From: the human T2T-CHM13v2.0 reference genome, Homo sapiens
DNA: 64,000 nucleotides
Assembly: GCF_009914755.1 (NCBI RefSeq)
Contig: NC_060936.1
Direction: 5' to 3' (one strand)
Part shown: positions 14,075 through 25,289 of the stretch, in pieces
Layout: each line of letters begins with the position of its first letter
How positions within the stretch are numbered: position 1 is the stretch's first letter
The notes under the pieces: generated by a model
The model's input: the letters and a program-made list of their open reading frames with translations, nothing else
Databases searched by the model: none
Told to the model about the DNA's origin: nothing
Made by a program: the position numbers and the translations under genes

Positions 14075-16433
14075 CAAGTACAACTTATTTTATTATGCTT
14101 TGCTTTATTCTACTTTGCAGATATTGCAATTTTTTTTTTGTAAACTAAATGTTTGTGGTAACCCTGCATGAAGCAAGTCTATTGGCATCATTTTTCCCAC
14201 AGCATGTGTTCACTTTGTATCTCTATGTCACATTTTGGTAATTCTCACAATATTTCAGACTTTTCCATTATTATTATATCTGCTACTGTGATCTGTGATC
14301 AGTGATCTTTGATGTTACTATTATAATTGTTCTGAGTTGCCATGAACTGCACAGATATAAGATTTAATTGATACTTAATTGATAAATGTTAGGTGTGTTC
14401 AGACTGCTCTACCAGCTAGCTCTTCTTCCATCTCTCTCCCTCTCCTGTAACCTCCCAATTCCCTGAGATACAACAATATTAAAATTAGGCCAATGAATAA
14501 TTCTACAATGGCCTCTACATGTTCAAGTGACAGGAAGGGAAACACACCTTTTACTTTAAATCAAAAGCTAGAAGGATTAAGCTTAGTGAGGAAGGCAAGT
14601 AGAAAGCTAAGATGTGCTGAAAGCAAGGCCTCTTGTGCTAAACAATTAGCCAAGTTGTGATTGCTAAGAAAAAGTTCTTGAAGGAAATTAAAAGTGCTAC
14701 TTTAGTGAACATACAAATGATAAGAAAGCAAAACAGCCTTTATTGCTGATACGAAGAAAGTTAGGCTGCTCTGGATAGAGGATCAAACCAGTCACAACAT
14801 TCCCTTAAGCCAAGGCTTAATCCAGTGCAAGGCCCTATCTCTCTTCCTTTCTATGAAGGTTGAGAGAGGTGGGGAAGCAGCAGAAGAAAAGTTGGAAGCT
14901 AGGAGAGGTTGTTTCATGGTGCTTAAAGAAAGAAGCCATCTCCATAATATAAAAGTGCAAGGTGAAGCAGCAAGTGGTGATGAAGAAGCTGCAGCAATTT
15001 ATTCAGAAAATCTAGCTAAGATCATTAATGAAGGAGGTTACACTAAACAACAGATTTTCAATGTATACAAAACAGCCTTATACTGGAAGAAAATGCCATG
15101 TAGGACTTTCAAAGCTAAAATGGAGAATTCAATGCTTGGGTTCAAAGCAATGCAGCTGGTGACTTTACTCTGTTACCATTCTAAAAATTCTAGGACCCTT
15201 AAAAATTATGCTAACTCTACTTTGCCTGAGCTGGTAAATAGAAAAACAAAGCCTGGATGATAGCAAGTATGTTTACAGCATAGTTTTAATATTTTAAGCC
15301 CTGTATTGAGACCTACTGCTCAGAAAAGATTTCTTTAAAAATATTACAGTTCATTTGACAATGCACCTGGTTATCCAAGAGCACTAATGAAAAAGTAAAA
15401 GGAGATTAATGTTGTTTTCATGCTGTTAACACAACATCCATTTTGCAGCCATGGATCAAGGAGTAATTTCAACTTTCGAGACTAATTATTTAATAAATGT
15501 ATTTTGTAAGGCTATAGCTGCAAGAGATAGTGATTCTTAAAGGATCTGGGAAAAGTCCATTGCAAACCTTCTGGAAATGTTTCACCATTCTAGATGTCAG
15601 TAAGGACATTTATGATTCATCAGAGGAGCGCAAAAATCAACATTAACAAGAGTTGTGAAGAGGTTGATTCCAGCCCTCTAGGGTGACTTTGAGGGGTTCA
15701 AGACTTCAGCAGAAAAGTAACTGCAGATGTGATGGAAATAGCAGGAGAACTAGAATTAGAAGTGGAGCCTGAATATGTGACTGAATTGTTGCAATCTCAT
15801 GAGAAAATTGTAACAGATCAGGAGTCGCTACTTATGGATGAGCAAATAAAGCAGTTTCTTGAGATGAAATCCACTCCTGGTGAAGTCGCTGTGAGTATTG
15901 TTGAAATGACAACAAAAGATTTAGAATATTTCATAAACTTGGTTGATAAAGCAATGTCAGGGTTTGAGAGGATTGACTCCTCTTTTGAAAGAAGTTCTAC
16001 TGTGAGTAAAATGCTATCAAAGAGTAACACATGCTACAGAAAAAATATCTTTCATGAAAGGAAGAGTTAATCAATTTAGCAAACTTCATTGTTGCATTAT
16101 TTTTAGAAATTGCCACAACCACCCCACCCTTTAGCAGCCACCAGCCTGATTAACCATCAACATTGAGACAACATCCTCCACAAGCTAAAAGATGACTACT
16201 CACTGAAGGATCAGATGATTATTAGCAGTTTTTAGCAATAATATCTTTTTAAAACTAAGATCTGTACATTAATTTTTGAGATAATGCTGTTCCTCATTTA
16301 ACAGACCAAAATATAATATAAACATAACTTAATATGTACTGGAAAACCAAAAACTCCATGTCAATTTTATTGTGATCTTTACTTTATTGTGGTGATCTGG
16401 AACCAAACTCACAATATCTCTGAGTTATGCCTG
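14075..16433 (+). mobile_element. Tigger1 (TcMar-Tigger/pogo) near full-length, transposase inactivated
   Basis: TIR-like ends (...ctctgagttatgcctg followed by TA). ORF remnants HLHNIKVQGEAAS...GGYTKQQIFNV (14853-15260) and ELELEVEPE...[10 protein letters not shown] (15729-16070), with stops and frameshifts. Confidence 0.95.
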
Positions 16434-17229
16434 TATGGAAAAAGCCTCTGTTCTAGAATACACCTACATTTGCATATCTAAAAGGTTCCCTTAAAGAGTT
16501 ATCTCAATCCAAACCCCACCATACATACATATATGACACACAGAATCTTCATGAAAAGATAAATTCTGCTGTATCTCAAAGGCAACATGCAAAGTAGTAG
16601 TTTGTCCTGAGACACTGTTTAAGAGAAGTCAGCGAATATATTTTAAGTCCATGAATTGCATTTTAGAAATGAAAGTACAAAACTGTGACCTCTCTAAGGA
16701 TGCAAGAGAGTGGAATATGATCTCTCATGTTCGTGAATACACCACTGTTAGTGTGTAAGAATGATACTGACTTTCAAATATGCAAATGCATCACTGTGAT
16801 TTCAGGGATTAAATGACTGCCATAATTGGACCTGCAATCCATTCTATGGACCATTTCTAAAATTGCCATGATTTGGAATTTTCTGGATCTGAAAGTGAAG
16901 TACCAGAGTTTAGGTTTGCAAACTATCAGCATAGTCTGTAATAGTTCCACACCGATGTAATTATGAAAATGTGTCTTATCCATTCTTCCCGTTTTGAGGG
17001 TTTTGAATATCCACATTATTGAAAGAACAGCACAAGCAAGAAGCAATGTCGGAAGGCGGTGACAGTCTCTGAGAGGGAGGAGATTTTTCAGTCAAGCAAG
17101 GTTTCTGCAACCTTCTACTGACTGTTAGTTAAGAAGCAACATGTGGAAAAACAACTGAAGGGTGGAAGATGAATTATGAGATTAAAAACCTTTATGCCTA
17201 ACCAGAATGGTGGATGGAGGTTTTATTAG

Positions 17230-17700
17230 GAAATATATTTATTATTTTATTCAATGTACACTTAGTGACTACTTACTATTTGTTATGTTCTGAATTGTAG
17301 AGGACAGAAACAAGAAACCACGTCTACACAAAGGTAACATTTATCTAAATTGTGTACATATGTTTACTCATGTATGCACACAAAACTGTTAATGTTAAAT
17401 GAGATAATATGTAAACCATGCAATAAAGAAAGGTAGAAAATGATTAGGGAGTTCAGAAGACAGACCTACTTGGCAGAGAACAAAGAATTAGGAATAGCAA
17501 GGAGAATCATTCGTCTGGAAAAACAAGGTACACGTAAATGAAAGGTGAAATATAAGATACCTGGAGGCCCTAGAGTATCCATGAATACTCTTGTATGTTG
17601 TTTCATAACAATGAGATTCTACTAAAAGCTTTTGATCCAGGGAATGACACAATCAGTGTTGTACTTTAGGAAGTCAGTCTAGTGCTAGAAAGAAGGTAAG
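17230..17700 (-). mobile_element. L2 fragments (diverged)
   Basis: tattcaatgtacacttagtgactacttac...agggaatgacacaatcagtgttgtactttaggaag, antisense L2 motifs. Confidence 0.5.
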
Positions 17701-18377
17701 GATAAGATAAAAGAAGAAAATTTAAAACTAGAACAAATTTGACATATTTGCAGCTAGCTTATGAAATCGTTATATAAAGATTATTAATGAATTTCACAAG
17801 AGGGAAATAGTTTGACCTTTAAGAGTTCACATTAAATGTTTATCCAGGCTTATGTAAGTTATTAAACTGAAATCATTTCAGATGTTTCACAGTGTTTACT
17901 GAAGTTTCCTCTTGGCTTTTTTTGGCATGTGCAAATATATTGCAGTGCAATAAATGCACTGAAGTGGGGAAGAGAAAGCTGCCCTTTTACCCCTCTTGTT
18001 GTGTCCTATGTAGCTTTAGTGACAGTAGGGAGCAGAATAGGATTACTATAGAAGCCTAGAACTGGCTGTGTCTGAGCTGTGGCTGCAGATAATGAAGGCA
18101 TCCACAAAGGAAACATATTTGCTATTACTTCTATTCTTTCCAAACATTTTTCATCATGAACACATTAACTGATCTAGCCTTTGGAGACTTAAGAGAGTGT
18201 CAGGAAGATGGAATTGAAAGCTGCCTCGAGAGAATTCTTGTGGAAAAAATAATGTTGGGCTGAAGGAGGCTTGTCATTATACAGTATCTGGGAAAATGCA
18301 TAGTTAGCATTCATTCTAACAAGGGTAAAAGAAAAATTCATTATTATTTGGCAATGAATCTTCTTTATTAATTCCCT

Positions 18378-18760
18378 CATTTATCTATTAAAGCTTTAAT
18401 GAGCACCAAACACATATTACCATGCTAAAGTCTGGAGAAACTGTCAAGGACTCCAGCTTAGGGTACAATTAGCAGTACAACAGGTTAAGGGCAGTGTAAG
18501 AAGGAGAAACAACAGGCAGAAGTAACATGTGGAAGGGAGATGTCAGTTAATCAGGGAAAGCATCCTACAGAGGTAACAGCTAAGCTGAATTTTTATAGAT
18601 GAATAAGAATTTGTGAAGAAGTATGTTTGTCAAGAGGTCATCTCATTCAGAGAGAAACAACACCTGCAAAGACATAGGGAAGTGCCAGAGAATGACTAAT
18701 TAGAAGGCAGAGACCATATATGACTGGCATAAATCATTAAGTTCGGAACTTACCCTACAA
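18378..18760 (-). mobile_element. L2 fragment
   Basis: catttatctattaaagctttaatgagcacc...tcagggaaagcatcctacagaggtaacagctaagctga...aacacctgcaaagac. Confidence 0.6.
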
Positions 18761-20799
18761 AGTGTGATTCTTTTTGAAGACCGTTTCATATTGTCAAAAT
18801 CTGAAATGTATAAACAACATACTTACAAATAGAATCTGTTTTGGTTGGCATTTTTTTTAATCTTCAACTAAATTTTTATATGATTCCTTCAATATTGACA
18901 CAATAAAGAAAGACAGTTGGTATAGCTATCTTTCTGGTTTGCCAGGACTCGGGGAGGCTGGTTGAGGGTCTGGATGTGAAGTTGGGAAAATTGAAGTGCT
19001 TTCCAGTGGAGGACATTTTGTAGTCAAAGTAGCAACATCTGAGAGTGAAATTCAGATCATAAAATATGCAATGGGAGAAGAGCCAAGAAAGCTTATTTAA
19101 TTTGCTTCAGTAAATGAGTTAACTCATGTGAAGTGTTCAGAACAGTATTTGGCATATAACACTCAACAAACGTTAACTACTATTATTAATATTATTTATA
19201 TTTTAAAAGAAAAATAGAGTAGGAAGAAATAAGGAATATTATAGATGTGGAGTAGGGTTTTTCATTAACTCAGTATAAAGATATCACAACTGATACATTC
19301 AACAAACATTTATCAAACATATTCTCTGGGCTAGGCACAAAGATTCTGGAATATGGGGACACGGAAGGGATCAAAGGAGACAAAAAGCCCTGCTTTGCTG
19401 AGTATGGCTTAGTCTTAGGAATCTGGAGCCAAGGCTATGTAATGGACTCCCAAATCTGTGGGTACTGCAATGGCTCTCCTTCCTGTCTCCTTCTGCAAAG
19501 CCCACTGAAGAGGGTCCTGGTGAGGAGCAATATGACGGCCAGAAGAGAGAGCACCATTCCCACAGCTGACTGCAAGACTCAGCCAATCTTCTGGCTGCTG
19601 CTGTCCTGGATCTCTGGGCCCAGCCCATGCCCTCATCGCCTACCCTGACTTCTCCCTGTGTGGGGAAGGGGTGGTGGGGAGGTTTCCCGGGGGTACTCCT
19701 TTTGTGCAAGGATGTTGCTCCTGCTGCATGGCGGGCTACTTGTATAGCTGAGTTTAATTTTGAACTGAATGTTAATCAAGTATCAGATCAATTATGACTT
19801 AGAAGCTTTTGAGGCATTTTTTCTGAGTAATCTAACCTAATCTATCATAGCTAAACTGATACTTACCAGGAAAAATAAAAGCCCCCCCCTCCACCACATT
19901 TCATTTTGTTTAAATTCTAAACAAAATGTAGGAGTGGATGATGTCAACAGCTGTCAATGTCATGGTCTGAGAATATCTTTATTGTTGTTTAAACTGTGTA
20001 TTTTTATGTAAAATTAAAACTTTACTTTGAAACTAAAAATTTCACATAAATGTCTGTGTAAGTTGTTAAATTTACTATGTAATGATTCCTTCTATTGTCT
20101 GCATGACATTAAAACTTGGTGTAACTTGCTCTGCAGAGCCATTCGGCACTTATTTTATCAGTCCAACACCTTAAAAACCTCTTTTTCATGTATTTTTATC
20201 TTTTCACCCAGAGGAATGTAGGGACAATTATATCATTGATTCTCAACTATTTCTTAAACCTAGAGATACACTCAGGCTTTCAGGATTGAGACTAGTTGTT
20301 CAAAATTGTATGGATAGATTCAAACAAATTTGTCTTTTACATGCACACACGTACTCATACTCACTCACATGGACTGTCTTCTGCTAATGATGGAATTAGG
20401 CTGAATCAAGTCATCCAGTAAAAGAACAGGAAATTCAGGACAATTGGTCTGTGAGAATTTGGAATGAAAAGTGTTATTTACTTAGAAAATGGATCCACTA
20501 AGTGTAAATTAACTTAAATTATACTCTTTTTAGGGGGTTGGGATAAATAGACTGCTAAGTCAGGAGAATTACATATAATTACTATGAATCACTTTCATTG
20601 AAATTTTAACAAAATGTCTCAAGATCTTGCTGAAGAATATCCCAAGAGCAATGTACATTAGATGATAATACAGATAGGAATATTTTAAAAGCAGATGAAC
20701 TATTGTTTCTAAATATATTCTATTAAGATATACCTTAAGGGATCTTCTTTTATTTAACACTATATCAATAACACAGTGACACAAGCTAACTTGTCAAAT

Positions 20800-21500
20800 C
20801 TAATCACACAAAACTGGAAGAGAAAAGTAATATAATGGATAATAGAATCTAGATTCCAGAGAAATAATGATTTTAATTAAAAAAATAAATTATAGGATGA
20901 GAAGAACTTGATATAGATGTTTATGTGGGTAAAAAAAGCCAGGAAGTTTTAGTTGACTAGAGAATAATATAAATATATCATGAATATTAAAGATATTGCA
21001 AAGACTGAGAAAGGCAAAATAATTTTAATCCTCAGTGGTCATGATACATCTGGAATATTATGTTTAGTAATTGATGTCATGTTTAAATAGAGACATCTGC
21101 AAACACTGGCACCTCCAACGGAATTTAAGTGATATGAGGAAGAAAATGGAAACCACGTTAACATGAGGAAGCACTGAAGGACCTACAAGTGTTTAGACTG
21201 TAGAACACAACATATTCAAGAGAAATGCTAGTTGTATTCAAATATATAGAACAATGGTAAGTAGATGAGTAATTAGTTTAATTTTGTATTAGTCAAGAAG
21301 ACAAATCTACAATCAATAAGTAAAAATTAAAAAGAGGAATTTGACTCAATGTAAAGCATTTTCATTCATCAAAATTGCAAGGGGAGAAATCTTACGCCAA
21401 AAAATCCCTTGTCATTGTTTCTTGTCATTAGAAAACTTCAGCTAGAAATCAAATGACAATGTTTTGAAAGTTGTTAAAGGAAGCATTCATTTACTTTGTA
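20800..21500 (+). mobile_element. L3/CR1 ancient LINE fragment
   Basis: catctggaatattatgtttag...ggaaaccacgttaacatgaggaagcactgaaggacctacaagtgtttagactg resembles the L3 3' ORF2 region. Confidence 0.65.
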
Positions 21501-22759
21501 AAAGTTCGGGACTTGCACTGCCAGTTGGATTCTTTGGGATTTTCCAAACGTATTTAAATTTTCTAAAATTGTTCAACTAATATTCCAATTGCAATATTTT
21601 TATATATAGTCCTTTAGGATAATCTCTTTTCCTTTTATTTAAAAACAAATCCACAGAAAATGTGAATGCAAAATGAAAGTCTCTTTTCATCTCTTTTAAG
21701 AAGAGCAAAGTGATTAATTTTTTAAGCTTGGCATGGCCAAGCAAGTTTACATTGAAATTATGCAAATACAAGTTATTTCCAAATAAAACAAGTTTTACTT
21801 TAACTGGCATGTGAAATATGCCTTGACTTCACTTACATATATGCAAAAGGTTTTGACTTCTGCTTGGAAACATTTCCTTTTTTTTCCCTTCCACTTTTTA
21901 CTTTTTTTTTCAACCTGGATTTTGGATTCTCCAATATAGTAAGTATATAGTGTATAATTTGTGGTATAAATTCCTCAATATAGTTGAGCATTAATGTTTT
22001 CAACAGAAAAGCTATACCTCAGCTCTTCAAGTGCCTGTTTTGTCCAAATGTCCAAACCTTCTATTTAGGATGGATAGTTGGATGGACTACAGAGATGACA
22101 GGTGAACCTATCATAGCAGCATTGTTCCTCCATCCTAGCATCACCAGTGCTATGCAGAAAATAGGAATTTTTCTGGAGAAACCCATATACTGACAATTTG
22201 ACAGTTGGTTCCCCTTCTTCAGAGGGAAGTGGATATTTGTGTTGTATTCTCATAATTTCAGAAACACTGAAAAATTTATGTAACTAGAGTTTTTAGTATA
22301 AAATGAGAAATTTATTGGCTACTATTGGGATTAGTTATAAATAATAGAACAGTGTGTGTGAGCTTGCTTACTAGATTAAGTGCAAACTTCTTTTTGTTTT
22401 TGTTTTTGTTCTTTTACTTTTTTTTTTTTTTTCTTTTTGGTTAGGTTAAACTGCAAGATTTCACTTGGCACAGCTCCTAGAATGTAAGGGAAATTTAGAA
22501 GCAGCTAGAATTGTCCTTCTTTTCACTTTTGTTGAGATTGATGCCAGAGGCATGATGGAATACAAATGTGTGCTACTCCATCTTGTAAGTAAGCACATTC
22601 TGTTTACTTAGGCACAATGCAGACGTAATTTTGTTGATTTCATTCTTTGCATAAACAATGAGAAAAGGAAAGTCAGCACAACAAAGGAGGAAAGAAAAAA
22701 GTTGTTGACTTGTCCAACTTGAGCACTGTTGAAGTTCAGTAAGCTGTAGTAAGAAGTTA

Positions 22760-22925
22760 TTGAGAGAATAGTGGAATTTGGAGTCTAAATTCCTGGACTT
22801 AAACCACAACCCTGAAACTCATTAAATTTATGACCTTGGACAAGCTATTAGCTTTCTCTGAGTTTCAGTTTCCCATTTGTAAAAATGAGGATAAGGATAA
22901 CCCGTCTTGAGGATTTGTGATGAAA
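22760..22925 (+). mobile_element. MIR
   Basis: tgaccttggacaagcta...tctctgagtttcagtttcccatttgtaaaaatgaggataa (MIR core). Confidence 0.8.
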
Positions 22926-23507
22926 TCCTGCCTTTTCTAAAGGAAACTGGCACACAGGGGCTACTCCAAAAAGACTATTTAAATCTGAGAACTCATTGTT
23001 CTTTTATTCCAAGTTGCCTGGTTTCTGCTATATTTCATGATAGTTGAAAGTTTTGGCTTAACTATTTAACAATCATGCTTCAAAGTAATTCCAAGAAAAG
23101 ATAAGGTGAAAAAAGAAGGATATTGGATGGGCTGCAAATTTATTTTTTTCTATTTTCTTTTCCTGGAAGTCTTTCTTCCAGGATTTGGATTATATATGTC
23201 TTGTTTGTATTCTTTTAGTGGTAGCCTTCACATTGAAAATTGCCTTTCAGCAAGTTTTATTAAGTGTCAGTATTTAATAGATTCTGCTACTTCTGTGGCC
23301 ATTACTTGATGTTTCTGATTCAGATACTTTTTGTTGCTCACTGTTAGTTTTTTTTAATAGTTTGTTGTTCAGATTAGAAAAAAATGTATTATCGAGGTAC
23401 ATTTTTGAAAAACTTAAAAATGTTTAGCTGATTTTTCAAACTAAATTAAATATTGTAATTAAAAACAAAAATAGTTATAAAATCGAAGTTGTCTTTCAAA
23501 TTATAGT

Positions 23508-23613
23508 TATAATTTGGTCTTAAAATTTCTAGAGTTTATAATATTCTGCTTCCCAGGTGATATAATTTGGTCTTAAAATTTCCGGAGTTTATAATATTCT
23601 TCTTCCAAGATGA
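23508..23613. repeat. 53-bp tandem duplication (2 copies, 5 mismatches)
   Basis: tataatttggtcttaaaattt...gagtttataatattct... at 23508-23560 and 23561-23613. Confidence 0.95.
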
Positions 23614-24294
23614 TGTACTGATCCCTCTACTTCTCTTTTCTGGTTGAAAATCTCTCTTTTAATCCTGATTACCCTTTTCTCTATTATATTAATCCATTTT
23701 TTCAACCACCAGATGTCCATGTTTGTATTATTATTTTTTTCAGGAAGGGTACATAAATGTATTCTTTATTAGACCTACATTTCTAAAATTATATTTTTTG
23801 CCCTGGCAAATAAATAGAAGACTGAATTTCACCAAGATATTAGTCAGTGAATGCTAAGTGTCAGGATGAGGTACTCTTATTTGTATTCCAATTAATATAG
23901 TCTCTAAACTAACTCCTCAAATATTCCACCAGGAACAATTTCTTAGGAGGGTACATAATTTTTAAAAAGTTATTACTATGACAAATTATAAGTAGTTGTC
24001 CCTTTGCTCTACTTCTTCCTACTCACAATTTCTGTTTCCCTGAGGCAGCCATTTGCAACTCTTTTGATATGTTTTTCTAGTATTAATTCTCAAAACTGTA
24101 AATTGTATGTTTACAAATCATCTGTCATCTATGAGTTATTTTCTAAACATCTGAAGAGCTGAAGATTTAACTCTCTTTTGTTTCCTCTCAAATCTCCCAC
24201 ATTCTTCCCCTCCACCTCTTCCAAACCATCACTTAACTAAAATTTTTACAGAGTGGAGGCTTGTAGTTCTATACTGACACTTTTTTTGCTGAAT

Positions 24295-24703
24295 GTGATG
24301 GTTAATTTTATGCATTAACTTGATTGGGCCAGAGAATGCCCAGGTATTTAGTCAAACATTTTTCTGGGTGTGTCTGCAAGGGTAATTTTGAATGAGATTA
24401 ATATTCAAATCAGTAGAATGATAATATGGTGGTCTTCACCCAATCACTTGAAGGTCTGACTAGAACAAAAAGGTTGAATCTCCCGAGCGAAAGCAGGAAC
24501 TTCTGCCTGAACGTTTTGGAGCTGGGACGTTGGTCTCAAACTGAAGCATTGGGTATTCTTGGTTCTCAAGCCTACTGACTGTTGAAATAGAAATTACAAC
24601 ATTGTCTCTCCTTGTTTTCAGAATTGTGGAGAAACAAATTTCTATTGCGTATAGCCCACCTACTCCATGATATTTTGTTACAGTAGCCCAAATATATTAG
24701 GAC
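24295..24703 (+). mobile_element. MLT2(D-like) LTR 5' part joined to an MLT1-like LTR 3' end
   Basis: tgtgatggttaattttatgcattaacttgattgggcc (MLT2 start), ending cagaattgtggagaaacaaatttctattg...tattttgttacagtagcccaaatatattaggaca (MLT1-type end). Confidence 0.65.
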
Positions 24704-24704
24704 A

Positions 24705-24970
24705 ATAGTTATGGACATGGGTATACAAATATCTTTTGAGACCCTGCTTTCAATTCTCTCAGATATATATCCAGTAGTGGAATTGCTGGATCATATGGTA
24801 ATTCTATTTTAATTTTTTGAGAAATCACTATACTTTTTCTACAGTGGCTATGCCATTTTACATTTCCACCAACAGTGCACAAGGATGCGAATTTCTCCAC
24901 ATCTGTCAACAATTTTATTTTTATTTTCTATTTGTTACTTAATAGTAGTCATCCTAATGGGTGTGAGGGA
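24705..24970 (-). mobile_element. L1 (L1MB/MA-like) 3' ORF2/UTR fragment
   Basis: ccagtagtggaattgctggatcatatggtaattctatttttaattttttgag...catttccaccaacagtgcacaagg. ORF remnant IELPYDPAIPLLDIY. Confidence 0.85.
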
Positions 24971-25089
24971 TCTTTATATCTTTTATGGAAATGAATATGT
25001 TGTCTACCAGAGACAATTTTGATAAACTGTATTATCATAAGAAATTATCTGCTGTATTTTCAGTTTTCAACATATATCTAAATTTAGTT

Positions 25090-25285
25090 ATTTTACAATA
25101 CATACATTATAAAGATATATATGTATCATATATATTTTATGTTAATTTTTATGTTAATCATGTATATAATACATATTTATATTTTATATATTTATATATT
25201 TTATAAAATATATTATGTATGATTAATATATATTACATATATAATATATGATCGATATATATTACATATATATTTCTCCTATATA
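25090..25285. repeat. AT-rich low-complexity (TA)n-like tract
   Basis: Runs of tatata/tatatt. Confidence 0.8.
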
Positions 25286-25289
25286 TCAA

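Noticed and set aside
14853-16070. Transposase-like ORFs as a domesticated TIGD-type gene
   Set aside because: The reading frame is broken by stops, frameshifts and deletions (e.g. the SKDRLTLLLGA region is missing). It is a decayed Tigger1.
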